DNA of 55,646 nucleotides, counting the filler, from Sphacelaria rigidula (Eukaryota): the NCBI GenBank assembly GCA_964200075.2. It is 3 parts of 3 records of this genome, joined end to end, with 100 filler letters (N's around TTAATTAATTAA, not from the genome) between each part and the next. Parts side by side here need not be neighbours in the genome. Positions count along the whole stretch, not along the records: positions 1 to 18,485 come from CAXNAA020000850.1; 2 more parts are not named here. One strand, given 5' to 3'. This document shows positions 1-13,107 of this stretch, piece after piece. The notes under the pieces were generated by a model. It worked only from the letters and a program-made list of their open reading frames with translations, made no database searches and was not told the origin of the DNA. The position numbers and the translations under genes are program-made. Position 1 is the first letter of the stretch. Each line of letters begins with the position of its first letter.

Positions 1-866
1 TCCTCCCCTCCCCCCCCCCGCGGCTCTGCGTCTGTGGGTCGTCGCCGCGGGCTGGGGGGGCGTGGGGGGGGGGGGGGGGGGGGGGGGGGTGGTGCCGAAA
101 CTTTTCAGCATGCGGCGCGTGTCTGCGCTGACATGCGATGGAGTACAACAGTGTTGAAGTAGAGCAGGATGGTCCCGTACACCAAGACAAGCCAGCACCG
201 AGCTCAGTGCCCCTCCCGAACTCTATAACGTAGCTTTCAAACCAAGTGCATATCCTCGCCGGGGGAGTTATACTACATTACTCGTGGGTGGATATTACGG
301 CCGGGTGATTCACACAACATGATTCATTGGTGCATATTTTCGGCCGGTGAGTTATACAATAATTGAGTTCACCCATGAGTTTTCCGAGGTATGAAAGAAG
401 TTGCTGAAGCAATCTAGGACCGGGAATGAGGTGGACCTACGGCAGTTTTTTTTCCTCTGGCCGCATTTCCTTGCAGCACATATTTCGTTATTCGACAACA
501 CCTAATTTTAACATGTTGCGCCAAAATTTTGTGCCGTTTCACGCATTTTGTACCAAGTCCAACGGACGCGTTCGGAGGTTCCGTACACATTCGTACCCGT
601 GTGTTCGTGAGTACTATACAAACTTGATCAAGTTCGTTGACTTCACTGTGTCTTATTTTTCAGGGGAGTGGGCAAATGAGGTGACCTTATCGCCGGCGCA
701 GCACTTGGAAAAAATCTGGGGGAAATGACCCGAGGTTGGCGAGTACTAGCCTGCACCCTCGTTCTCACGTTTTAAAGGGGCAATTGACGCATGAAGTTGT
801 CACAGTCAACTCCAAATGTCCGTGGGACTGTCAGGCCGGAGTCTCGGAACAGAAAGCCTTTGGCGC

Positions 867-1334
867 TCAAGGAGACAACAACCAAACCAGCGGAAGAGAC
901 CAGCGCTTCAGGCTACAGATACACTTGTACAAAAAAAAACGCATTTCCTGACCTTTTCGACGTGATGCAAGCAGGCGATCGATGAGATCCCTCTTCCGGC
1001 CGGACACCTTGAGGTGTTTGGTTCGTAAGACTCTCTTGAGGTCCACTACCGACATCCATTCGCAGTCGTCGTTCTCCAGGTCCATTTCGTCCCCATCCTC
1101 GTCCTCGTCTTCCTCGTCATCATCGTCGCCATCAAAGCTTGAATTGGAGCTGAACGACTGTGCACCCCCACCCCCACACCCGCCATTAACCGATGTATGT
1201 GTTTGATGCCGGGATCGTTGTTGCGTCAACCCTACTGTCGCTGCAGATCCTATCTTAGCTCCTCTCGCCCCACACGATTTGTTCCTGATCGACAGTACGC
1301 GGCTTCTACCCCGACCGCTAGCACCCCTCGCCAT
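867..1334 (-). CDS. SAP-domain-containing ORF with acidic tract (possibly transposon-derived or partial)
   Basis: Part of the 867..1817 ORF from ATG at 1334 (MARGASGRGRSR...). It has a D/E tract (DGDDDDEEDEDEDGDE) followed by CEWMSVVDLKRVLRTKHLKVSGRKRDLIDRLLAS (963-1064), which fits the SAP consensus (xxLxVxELKxxLxxxGLxxSGxKxxLIxRL). True start and end are uncertain. Confidence 0.6.
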   Translation of the reverse strand: MARGASGRGRSRVLSIRNKSCGARGAKIGSAATVGLTQQRSRHQTHTSVNGGCGGGGAQSFSSNSSFDGDDDDEEDEDEDGDEMDLENDDCEWMSVVDLKRVLRTKHLKVSGRKRDLIDRLLASRRKGQEMRFFLYKCICSLKRWSLPLVWLLSP

Positions 1335-3393
1335 GCTGTCGATGATACAACATCCAGGTGTTTTTATGTATGCCCCATATTCTCGTGTCACTGATATTGT
1401 AAGTCGGTGTTGTAGGCGAGGGTTATTGCTAAATAAGCGTACTGGTGAAGCGAAGAGAGCCAGCAGCGGGTGAGCTGCTGTCTGACAAGCTGCTGATGTT
1501 GGAAATGCTGGAACCAAGGCCCGCAAAATACGCATGTAAAGGATATGAGCCGTATTTTTGCGAGTAACACCCTTGAGATGAAGAAGACAAAGAGGAGGGC
1601 ATACAGTACTCGGGACGCAGGTGGATGCTACTTCAGTGCACCGCGAACGTGGGAGGTCCTGGAAGCGGTGGGAGCACCCAATGGTTCTCACATGCGGCTC
1701 CGTCAGTTCCCGTTGATGGAGAGCATTTTGCGGTAAATTGTTTGCCGCTTCGCGGGATCGGTACTCCAGGATATCCTTTGACACACGGTACGCGACGGAG
1801 AAGCAAAGCCCTGACAATGACGGTGCAGGTAATTCACGTTCGAATATTCACCCACAGGTGGGTACTAGAAATGTAACACCGGTAACAACTTACCCCGCTG
1901 AGCCTATCCGAGCTTGTGTCTGATGTTGACCATTCCCTCCAAGTGCAACAACTCTCCTCACTACAGTAAGTTGATGCGTTGTCCCGATCCACAGGGCTGT
2001 GCCGTACCGCGCGGTTGGGTCTGCATGTCACTTCCGAGCAATGATCGCACCGCAAAGAAACACAAGACCACTTCTAGATTCTGCGCATTACGGTGTAGGT
2101 ATGTACAAGGATAGAAAGGTACACATACCACCATTCTGTCTCTGGTATTAGCCCTTCCCCAGTTGCCTGTTATCGTTGTACGCCATAAGTTCTACTGCAC
2201 TGCAAGTCATTGAGCGGATCTCATTATACTGGCGTGCCATCTTACATGGAGACCGATGAGATGGCGGACACGCCGCCTCCCCAAGGTCATCACCTACCAT
2301 GATTGCGTTTATGGGACCATATTCCAAGTCGTATGCCTCGAGTACCTACCAATAGTCCGGGTAAGTTCGGCGAGGCGTGAGACAAAGTCGCTACTTTGGC
2401 TACAGGCTGTCGCTACCGTGCGCTCGTGTGCGTACGCGTGTGTGAGCTTGGCCGGTATCCGAAGTCATCGGAACAGAGCGGGCGAGGAGAATAACCGAAT
2501 ACACGAACGTCGCAAAGTTCATCAGACTTCTCGTTTTTTTTTTCAGTGTTGCTTAATTTCTTCAGCAAAATATTGGATAACGAAACATATAAATAAATCA
2601 CGACAGTTTTCGAAAATTGTCCTCCGGGAGGACGGGGGGAGGAAGGGGGGAATTGGTGTCCGAGAATCTTTTCCCGACATACCCTTGTCTATGGAGAGAT
2701 TAATTTTATGACATGTAAAGCGGACAAATCCGTTACAAAAGGAGATCCAACGTGGACTGTCCGAGAGGCCCGAAAGTCTTGTATCTGTGCAGCCGACTCT
2801 GGGACCCTGGACAAGAGGATCTGGTCGGCTAGAAAGAGTTCAACATGAAACAGCCACCGTCGAGCCCCCTGGGAATCACACGACACTCTTCTGCGTGCAT
2901 TGTGAAAGCTTGTCGCATGTCGGCTGTCTGTGCCTCAAATGATGGGCGAAAGCAGCAACGGAGGAGATTTTCGTTTCGGAATGCAGAACGGATGACACGT
3001 GTACTTCGTATGTGTGCAAAGAAATGGTGGTTGTTTTTGTGTGCGGAGGAGATAAAGTTGACGCGGTTAAAGCGTTTTGGCCCCATCATACGCCCGCGCA
3101 GTGCAGGAGCACACAGAGAGAGGTCCACCGTTTTACACGCATTATTAGCTCGAAGTCGAGTCCTGCTCAGCTACACGCACACGAGGCTTGTTTCGGCGAG
3201 AGTTCATTAACTTCTTTGCCAAGAACTACGGCACTTCGCGTCGGCGCTAAAATTGTTACCCTTCGAACAGCACATATTAGTGACATAGGCCTCCTAATTT
3301 CCAAAATCGACTGCAGCGTACTGAAAGCATTAAAGTACAGGTCAGTGCGTAGTGTTATTCGTTGCAGCAACACTGCCTTTGAGTTCATGTTAA

Positions 3394-3826
3394 CAGCGGG
3401 TTCTCAAAAATGAGGTTGGACAAAAAAATAAGGTTCAGCTCAAAAGTAGTGATTTCCCTGAACTAAAGTCATGACAGATTATTTTCATATGGACGATCTC
3501 ATCCCTCCCAACCTCCCTGAAATTATTTCGGGGGATTTCGAGCCTTCCGTTCCCCCAAAGGGCATGTGCGAAAGCACAATTTTCGGGCCAAAAAGCGTCC
3601 CTTTTGTCACCCCGAAATCGAGGTAAAAATGTGCTTTTGCACATACCCTTCGGGGGAACGGAAGGCTCGAAATCCCCCGCAAGAATTTCAGGGAGGTTGG
3701 GAGGAATGAGATCGTCCATATGAAAATAATCTGTCATGACTTTAGTTCAGGGAAATCGCCACTTTTGAGCTGAACGTTTGAGCTGGACCTTATTTTCTGT
3801 TCAACCCCATTTTTGAGAATCCGCTG
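3394..3826. mobile_element. Palindromic (foldback) MITE with ~190-bp arms, hAT-like CAG termini
   Basis: Left end CAGCGGGTTCTCAAAAATGAGGTTGGAC is mirrored by TTCAACCCCATTTTTGAGAATCCGCTG, and the arms stay complementary to about 3583/3625. The 8-bp flanks CATGTTAA / CTCGTTAC match at 5 of 8 positions (decayed TSD). Confidence 0.85.
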
Positions 3827-4079
3827 CTCGTTACGGATAAGACGTTGTCAAGCAATCTCTCACGGCTTCGCCGAGAACTGGGACGTGACAAATCCAAGCA
3901 TTCCACAGCATTCGCCCCAGCTCTGACTGCTTTTCTTCTTGCGTATATATGACTATCGGTGGAGAGTGGTTTGTGCTGTGTTTTCCACGTTTTGTTCACG
4001 GAGGAGGCACCAGTATTGAGCTGTGATACTCAGTACAGCTATCGAATCGGGGGGAAGCAATGTTGATCAGCATTTGCAC

Positions 4080-5290
4080 TCCTTCCAGAGATCTGACGCG
4101 ACGTTTTTGCTGCGATCAGAAATTCGGGCAATTGCATGCGTAAGAAAATGATCCCACAACATTACAAATTTAGAAAATCATGAACGAAACTGACAGAAAA
4201 TAAAGCATTTGGAAGTGCATATTCATTACGACGGGCGTATAACAAGGTAGTCTTGGGTTAACCTGCTTTGACCCAAGAGATGATAGATGCAACTGACAAC
4301 TGCAGTCATGCGTGCTGTGATGGAAGCGAACACGCATCGCGATTGTTGGGTTGTGCTGATGTGTACTATACTTCAGAGTGGTTCTACAGTAGGGGTGCAC
4401 AATTTTGTTCTGAGGCTCTGCACTTTGACAGTCCCTCGATCAAAAACATCTGGGCCTTACTGAACCCTTTGGACTAAAAAGTGCACCCCTATCAAGAACG
4501 TGTTCGTGATTTTGAGAGTAGAGCGCTGAGTGAGAGTGGCTTTGAAAATTCGCTGTCACTTAGCCAATTTTTCATTCCGTGTATGCCTTTCTTTGACTCC
4601 ATCACTGACGTGTGCTTACAGCTACACGTCGATTTCCTACTCAGGGATATCAAGGGCCTGAATGGCAAGCTACTATGGAAAGCATATCGGGCCTCAGGGA
4701 GGGACACTTCGGAACTGAAACGATGCATTCACTTATTGACCGCTTCTCACTCTCAATCGTATTCTCTGCTCTCAATTTCACGAAAAGACTGTTTACCGTA
4801 GAACCACAGTCTTCCGCGTAATATTTTCCCCGGTGAATCATGCCACGCTATGGTTGCACAACATATTCAAGTTTGAATTGTCAAGCGCCATTTATCTCAC
4901 CCAAAAATGAATGATGAGGTATTTGAGACCACTTTCTGATACACAGGCCAATGGGCTAGGTATTTTCTCAAATGGAATTCGGCTTCGACACGGGAATGTC
5001 CTAACCCATTCTCATGTTGCTCCTAGCTTTAGGAACCTTCAATGAGAACGTATGTGCCCAAATATGCAACCCCCTACGCTGCACGACTCAGGGGCCGAGA
5101 CTGTTTCTTGCTGGATCTCAATCACAGCGAGACCGGAAACATTTTGGGCCTCTCTCCACCTCACGCTCTGTATGCGATTATGCACGTTCTACACCCGTCA
5201 TTCTTCCTGTAGTTCGGGCGTTGTGTTCTACTTGTGACAACTAGGGCTTCAGCCATGCGATTGCATGTACACAAGGCATGGCTCGTCAGG
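4080..5290 (-). pseudogene. Possible decayed KDZ-type transposase fragments
   Basis: Minus-strand fragments in different frames: LCTC (~5265), CSCKH (4612-4626), a frameshifted D..CQ (~4435), RFHHSTHDCSCQLHLS (4281-4328) and EG (~4085). The order resembles KDZ transposase motifs. There are many stops and frameshifts. Confidence 0.3.
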
Positions 5291-7350
5291 CTGTCGTCTA
5301 GCCATTCCTTCGATGCACGTGTGCAAACGTACTGTGTTGTGTGACTTTGTGTGCGTTGGCGGCTGGTGCATCGATACACGCAGGAAGGGTGCAAGGAAAG
5401 ACCATGCGTTCTTGGTGAATAGCATACCAGGAGGGACCTCGGACCGTCTGGATCACTTCTCCGTTGACGCCAAGACAACCTTCAGAAAGCTGAGGCGTCT
5501 CGTCGAGGTGTGGATACGAGGAACCAAGCAATAACTCACATCGTCTTACATGTTCTGAAATTCCCACCGCCCATTCATTTCAGTTAACATCTGGCCTGAA
5601 AAGTCTAAGAAAGGAGTGGCGCGGTATGAAAGTAGGAGCATCTTCTCTTCCAGAGGGTAGAGGGGCGGTCCACAGGTGGGGCACGGATTTTCGTAACGGA
5701 GAAATCACCGCCAAAAGTTTACCAAAAGCCAGAAATAAAGGGGAGGGTCCCAGAAGGGCACACCTCCAGTAACTACTACTTTACATATTCGGATGTCTTG
5801 TGATAATGAACTGATTTCGGAATGGATGTAAGGGTACTTGATGTTACTGTGAACAGTAATCCCGACCTGGATATAGTATGGAGAATAATAAGTACTTGGT
5901 TTCAGTGCGGGGGCAGTACATGACCAAAGTTTAGTGATGATAGTTCTCGAGGTTGTATCCTGACCTCCGTATATGCTGCAGCTTTATATGAGAAGGAAAT
6001 GTTGGTAGCTTACACTTATATTCAGGATCTGTTCGAGAGGTACGACTGATTTCGGGCGAGATAGTGTTGTGCACGTGCATGTGCGTACGCACTCTGTGAC
6101 CAACGGGATTCGCTCCTTTCATAGAGTCGTGCAAAGACAGAGAAGCCCTGAGCTGTAATCCACAAACTGATCTGAGATAATGTCTGATACCCTCGTCGCC
6201 CTAGGGGGTGATAGTTTCTCTAGTCGAGGATGTGCGTCACAGACGGTGCGAAAGGACTTCGAAGCTGAGTGAGTCGTCGAAGTTTCTTTTGTGTGTGTAG
6301 GAAACGTGGTGCGGGTGGTGTATTCGACAAAAAGTTTTCTTGGTTCATTGAAATACAAGAACCATGACAATAAGGTCGGAATATTGCTCGTGATGTCCTA
6401 TTTCTGCTGGACTATACACGAGATAGTGTAATCGTTACAACCAAGCGTCACAACTCCCTAACAATGGTACAACTATGATGCTCTAAAGCTACTACGCCCC
6501 GGATACACTTTCTGGCAATCATCTCCAGGATCGGTTGGTCTTTACATGTCCCCACGCAATTGTAGCGAAATGGGCTTGGTGGCTGCGCAATAATGGCCGA
6601 AAACGAGGTGTATAGGAGGTTGCGCACAAGGTCACAAAATTCCCTCGTAAAGAGGCGATTATTTCCTGCAAAGAGTAACGACGGGTCAGATGGGTGGGGC
6701 CCCTCGCGGCCAACTCCATGACCCTCATCTATGTTTTTATCCCCAGACATGATCCATTCAACGACAGTTTTTCAGTCAACCCCTTTACATTATTCCCGTA
6801 GCCAACGTCGCTCACAACGATTAGATGTTGGAAAATGTCCTTCGACACTTCCAGTGTGGTGGTAAGCTAAGGGTTAGTGCCACCGCTGGCTAGTGGCGTT
6901 TAAGCCAACGGAACATACACTCTGCGTTAGGAGTGTAGACAGAAGGTGCTACCAAAGGTGCCGCTTGCGGGCAAGAACATCTGGAACAACCCACTGTGCT
7001 GTACAGTCTGTAGAAGAGAGCATGAGGGAGGTCACACCCACTCTAGACTGATATGTTGGTGATAGTCCCGCGGCGACCCACGATGCTATTTCGCCACAAT
7101 CCCACTTAACATGCATCTTACTTAAATATGCTTTTGTGATTGTCTCTTGGTCCCTTACAGCTTGGCACGTTACGAAGGGTTTACTGCATGAGCTCCCGAG
7201 CTCTTGACTTATGAAACATGATATGAGTCTTAACGGAAAGCCGCACATCCCCTTAAAAAAAATGACACGAAAAAGGAGTTCGTTCTGGGCGTGGGGTTCC
7301 ACATAATATCCGATCCGCGACAACCCGTTGGTGATCTCAAAGGAAAGGAA

Positions 7351-7752
7351 CAGACAATTCTACAAAATGAGATTGTACACTAAAGTATTGTTCGAGCCAA
7401 AAAAAGTGCTCTCTGTACACTTTCAGCGATGATGCCAGATGATTTTTTTGTCGGCCTAATGACCCTCGATCGCGTAGATACTTTTTCTGCGCATTTTGTC
7501 GACTCTATGAGCTTATAGCGCTGACCGCAACCGTCATTTTTCCTGATTTTTTAAAGGGGGTGATATGACGGTTTGCGGTCAGCGCTTTAAGCTCATAGAG
7601 TCGGCAAAATGCACTGAAACCGTATGTACGCGATCGAGGGACATTAGGCCAACGAAAACGTCATCAGGCACCATGGCTGAAAGTGTGAAGAGAGCACTGT
7701 CTTGGGCTTGATCCTCATTTTAGTGTACAACCTCATTTGAAAGAAATGTCTG
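7351..7752. mobile_element. Palindromic (foldback) MITE with ~185-bp arms, related termini to the 3394-3826 element
   Basis: Left end CAGACAATTCTACAAAATGAGATTGTACACTAAA; right end TTTAGTGTACAACCTCATTTGAAAGAAATGTCTG. The arms pair inward to CCGTCAT/ATGACGG. The 8-bp flanks GAAAGGAA / GTAAGGGA match at 6 of 8 positions. Confidence 0.85.
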
Positions 7753-8775
7753 GTAAGGGATGTTTTGACCTGAACCCTTCGGCACTCCCCCGTAGGACTC
7801 CCCCAATACTGGTTTCATGGCTTTCACCACACAACCCTTGTCGGGTGTCACGGTTGTGATATTGTATTGCCCTGGAAAGTACTGGTATCGTAGGCAGTGC
7901 TGCCCGTGTTTCATTTTTGGCGCGCCGTGGTTTGGACCGTCACGACAGTTGAAAGAAGATCGAGGGATGATGCGACGAACGCCCCTATTTCAGGAGCTTC
8001 TGTTCATCATGGTGAACTCCCCCAACCCGCACGGCTACGGGAAGGACATGCGGTTCAAGTACAGGTTCGGCTTTTTCGGAGAGGTGAAAACTCGTTACGA
8101 CTGACTTCCGTCCCAATATGTATGCCTAAGAATCGCAACCGAGGCGCGCATCTTCGCAACAGCATCGAGAGGATGACTCGTTTTCGACGTAATCGCACGC
8201 GGCGATGATCCCTCCCGAGCTCAAGCTGAGGCAAAGCTGTATGATGATCCACTTTGGTATGGCTCCGAATCTTTATTTGCACAAGTATGGGAATTTTAGC
8301 CCGCAAGCCCGCAGAGTTCAACGATCTTTTCGCCAGATTGAGTGTTCAGCTTTTGGCCGAGTGTGGGCATTTAATAGGAAAACGTTGTATTTATGTACTT
8401 CATTAGCCAATGGAACACTGACATGTCTGAACGCAACGTGTAAGCTACGTGAATTCAACAGATCATCTACCTTCGCGGACAGAGAGACGATAACACGGGT
8501 AACGTTGCGGATCACTTTTAAAAACTGGAATCGTGAGCTACAGGAGTATTGATACCAATGATACGTTTTGTTGAACAGACATGACAAGACGGCAATGTTT
8601 CCTCTTGTTGACGCGCCGGTTTACTCCAAGCAGGTTCCGAAAGTATGTCGCACCCATGGCATGCATTTTTTATTTGTTGATTTCATTTGATATATTCCGG
8701 ACGCCAGCCTGCACCTTTTCTCGGTATGTGTGAGCGCATCAGCTCGGGTCACACAGGAGGAAGGCCAACACAGGA

Positions 8776-9020
8776 TTTTTTTCGTTCTAGTACCCCACTT
8801 CCTTCTTGTGTTGTCCACCTTTTTTTTCATAGCGAGAGGGTTTCAGCATTCCCCTTTCCTCGTCGGCCGTGGAGTCGAATTATGTGCACCCACGACACAG
8901 TCGCTCTCCACTGTCGGGTATGGAGTGAGGAAAAAATCCCAGATTGGGTGACTGCAGCGCGAACCCACGTCCCAACGGTCAGGAGGTGTAGAGGTTACCA
9001 ACCAAGCAACCGGGGCGATC
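8776..9020 (-). mobile_element. tRNA-derived SINE, copy 1
   Basis: Reverse strand reads GATCGCCCCGGTTGCTTGGTTGGTAA...GTGGGTTCG...TCTGGGATTTT...ACAGTGGAGAGCGACT...A-rich tail. It is colinear with the copies at 22411 and 42528. Confidence 0.75.
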
Positions 9021-9580
9021 GGCTCATGCACTCCAAATATGTTCGTCCGATTAATACTTTGAACGCGACTAATATTGACCCGCCACGATTTCAAAGAGTA
9101 GTATGATGGGGTCTGTCTCACTTAGGGTTATATCCAAGGGCTAACTCTTCGGAATGCTAACCCTTGGACCGTCAGGGTTCATAATCTGGGCCCCTCAGTA
9201 GCTTTTCAAGTGAAAATGATGCCGATTCCACATATGGACACCTCCAGCGCTAAATACCCAAGTGTGGAATCGGTATTGTTTCCATTCATTCTTCGAGTGA
9301 AATAGGTTGACAAGCTCACAAATGTTGGACATTCAATCTAGCAGAAGAGTCGCTGTTTTCAGAATCTAACCCCTTCCGCAACATGTCTCTCTGTATAGAT
9401 TGCTCTGCTTCGCATCGCGCCTCCAATTTTTCTATCCCTTCTTATATTGGAATGGAATAGAAAGTGGACAGAAGAGACGGACGCCTTCAATGAAAAACGA
9501 TTGGACTCGCCTGCTTTGGCGGCATCTGAGCCGCCGGCGTGAAGGAGAGAGAGTGCTAGAGCTGTTAGGGCCATTCCTAA

Positions 9581-9677
9581 CCCTTAGACCGCGAAGGAGG
9601 TAGTCCATCTGGATCACGCATTCTTTTTTCAAGTGAAAATTGATGCCGATTCAGCAGGTCACCCCGCGGTCAAGGGG
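9581..9677. mobile_element. 97-bp piggyBac-like mini-MITE
   Basis: CTAA|CCCTTAGACCGCG ... CGCGGTCAAGGGG|TTAA: 13-bp TIR (11/13 match), CCC/GGG ends and TTAA-type TSD. Internal core TTTTCAAGTGAAAATTGATGCCGATTC. A near-colinear copy lies at 42823-42918. Confidence 0.7.
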
Positions 9678-12600
9678 TTAACGAAGGGGACTATCCCCTT
9701 CTTACAGGGGATTGGCCCCAAAACGACCAGTCCCCAGTCCTATCGACAAGCAGTTTTGTACAGATTCGAACCCAAACCTGCACGCAGGTTGAGGAATGCG
9801 GCGGGTCTGGAAGTGATCGTTAGTCCAAGCAGGCCCAAGGTCTGTGTAATGCTGCAGACAAGACACAACAACGCAACACGACACCTACACGACCAGCCCC
9901 GGAATAACACGCACAGACACCCACCACTCACGCGCATTAGTTTCACTGCTGCCCTAGCTAATCTACACACGGCAGTCTTTGCTTGACAGAAATCCGTTCT
10001 GTCTTGGACGAATGGCGGCTGCATGCGTGTCAAAAGCAACCGAAAACGTGTCGTTACTGACCGTTTTGTAAGCGTGTGTTGCGCGCGCGTCTCATACAAA
10101 TCATCATTTCTCAATGAGTTGTGAACATACGTGAGCAAGGTTTGTCGATACTGTAGGACTTGGGACTGGTGGTTAGAACCTGTCTTTTCGGTCGAAAAAA
10201 TGGAGCGATGGAATCGATCTGAGCGAAAAATTCTCGTTTTGATGCAGTTGGGTGCAGGTGGATGTTTAGGCTTGAGATCCAAAAAATACAGCGAAATTCG
10301 TGACACGGCACATGGTCACTCGTGTACAGTACACACAGTCTGTACTGTCTACACCGCTTGCAGGCAGGGTGTCTTGAGTGCGCGTGTGCGTGTTTCGTTC
10401 AGGAGGATGTGAAGGAGAAGCGGGCAATATGCAGTGCAGACAGCCCAGGACTATCAGTTCTCCCTGCTTACAATGCGACGTGAAGACGACTTCATCAACG
10501 TGCAGCTTTGTACAGACTGCACTATCCATGAGCGTGCACGCAACTCGGTTGCCCACCGTACCACGCAGTTCTGTCACAGATGCCCATGAGAGAAGACGTG
10601 CAAGTTTCCGCCATCAAAAGTAACAAAGCATACCCCACCACTGCAGTGTATTTGTCCCTGTGCTTAACTCGTGCTCAATGCTGCAGGGTTACGATGGTAG
10701 CTGCGAAAGGGCGGGCATCTTTGCGATGTAGGCTTTTCGCGTACAGTCCATGTTCAGGTTCTAAAAAACACTGCAGAACTGCTGTGTTGTCTTGTGTTCA
10801 GTGTTGACTCTGTACTACATATACAACTGCAGGGTTGTCTCGTGTTCAGTGTAGTGCCTCGTGCTCCATATAATGGGGTCATGTTTTGAGCAGTTTTTCG
10901 AAAATTTCTGCTTGTTTTTTTCAAGTATTCCGAAAAAAACGAGTGTTTCCTTTCGTAGAAATTTAATGCCCGTTCTGGAATATCCGGAATAGCCTAGACA
11001 ACAACCAATTCGAAAATTGGATTGGATGGAAAGCTGTCAAGCCAAATCAAAATCAATTCTCCGACTCACTGAATATCACGTCCTGGTACTGTACCTCACT
11101 GATGAACCTTACTCAGGTGGGCGTTTGTGTGCGCCAGGGACAGATTTGTGCCGCACATGTGTACTTTGTACACACAACTCGGGGTTGTGACAACTCTCGT
11201 ACAAATACGGAGTGAGGGCAATTGCAGTCGGTCTGACAGCAATCTGTTGAGTCTTCCAGAGTGTTCACACACTCTTGTTTTTGGTGAAGGTATCCATTAA
11301 TTTTGGTTAGACACCAACAGTCAAGCTTCGTTCAGGCGCAACGCCATGGTTGGAGTACTTGGTTGTATCGTATGCAGGCAGACGGATTGTTCGATGCAAA
11401 GGATTCACTTGTGTGTGTGCGACGGTCGTTCGTTGAAGGTACTCGGGCGACTTCTCAACGAAGCGTCGTGCCTTCTCCACTGTTGAATGTATGTAATGTG
11501 GGCTACTAGTTTTTTCTACTGCACACTGTGTCAACCCTCTTGTCTTGAAGCACATACGTGCTAACCTTTCTTGGGCGTGAACGTTTCCCTGGCCTGCGCG
11601 CAGCAGGATGGGCAGGGCGATATCCCCAGTCTGATTACCCTCGAGGAGGAGCAGGCGGACGCCCTTGTGTTGGACTTCTGCAAAAATACTGCACGTCAAG
11701 ACCTCATCATAGTACCCGCAACACAGATATCTAGATCTGGTGTGTGCTCTCCTGCGTCACATCACGCAAGGGGTGAAAATGGCGATTCGAACCACGATAG
11801 CAAGTCGCGATGAAAAATAGTGGGTGCCTCGTCGCTTCCTGGGGGACGTATGCTCGCAGTGTACAGGATGTCGCCACACGGCCCGCACCAAAACGAGAGC
11901 GATATGCTGAACATGATATAAAAAAAAAAAAAACTGTATTCAAATGTAGCTTACACGAACTCATCGAAATATTTGCAGTATCAGATCATGTTGGTGCGGT
12001 TCGCGATAGCGCAGAAAAAATGCCTATCGAGGAACGAACAAAACGTGGACTCATGAAATGAAGGAAACAACACATCGGGAAAAAGAGAGGAATTGATAAT
12101 ACACAACGACCGCGGGCACCCAACACTTCTCTGTCGCTACAGTACGTCGAGTAGTCCGGTACTGTACATCCGCAAGACATCGTCACTGTGCAAACCGCAC
12201 ACATCAGATACGCGCGAGGGCTACTGTTACACCCAGATTGACAAACGAAGTCTTCTTCAGCAGTTTACATCATGATACCGGCTACAGAAGCGTGGCTCCT
12301 CCGAAACGCGCATCAACACTAAAAAAATGAGCCAAAAGCAAACACAACCCCGCAGCACTTCCACGTCAACATGATTGCCTTGCACAAGTTCTGAAAAGCT
12401 GCCCTCACTCGAGAAATATTCTGCGGAAAACAGGCACGCCCTCGATAACAAAAAATAAATAAGTTTGCCACGCACGTGCATAATGAGGTAATAAGTTGTT
12501 CAATAGCAATGAAAACAAGACGAAACACGCAATGGGGGACATTACTTGTAGACGGCAAAAAAACAAAGAATGAAAAGAAGAAAAAAAATGAACGATGCGC

Positions 12601-13047
12601 ACGCATGGTGTATTTTGCTTACACGCTATCCGAGTGACTGGAACAGTGCTGTGGCCATACCGTTTTTCATCGTTGCAGATATCTTTCTCCTCTTCTTTTA
12701 AACCGCTGACCTGCTAGTGAACAAATATTAGACTACACTGGTATCCGGGGTACGAGAAAAAAAAGCAACTACGAGGAGAGGACGTCGGGACCTCAACGGT
12801 ATCACCGAAACACCCGCACATCATGCAACCACCAGACAATACGATGTGGCCAACACATTCACATATCCGCACAAGGCGGTTTGTGCACGTACTTTCACAT
12901 CACGTCGACAATTACACCAACCTCTTTCGCCTCTCACGTTCTCTGACGCACCGGACGTGTTGGCCAGATACACCCAATATCATTTTCCCATAAAAATACC
13001 ACGGCCAAACGACCGAAAAAACAATCAACGATGCCCCAGCAGTCTTA

Positions 13048-13107
<60 letters not shown>

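Noticed and set aside
1335..1817. N-terminal 160 aa of the 316-aa ORF 867..1817
   Set aside because: No protein-like features; probably a chance open frame upstream of the SAP segment.
5600..8700. Broken ORFs as a possible endogenous phaeovirus fragment
   Set aside because: No recognisable viral core-gene motif; cannot be supported from sequence alone.
11307..11699. Minus-strand EKSPEYL resembling a second sulfotransferase
   Set aside because: No LRDP motif follows, and codon bias nearby favours the opposite strand; probably chance.
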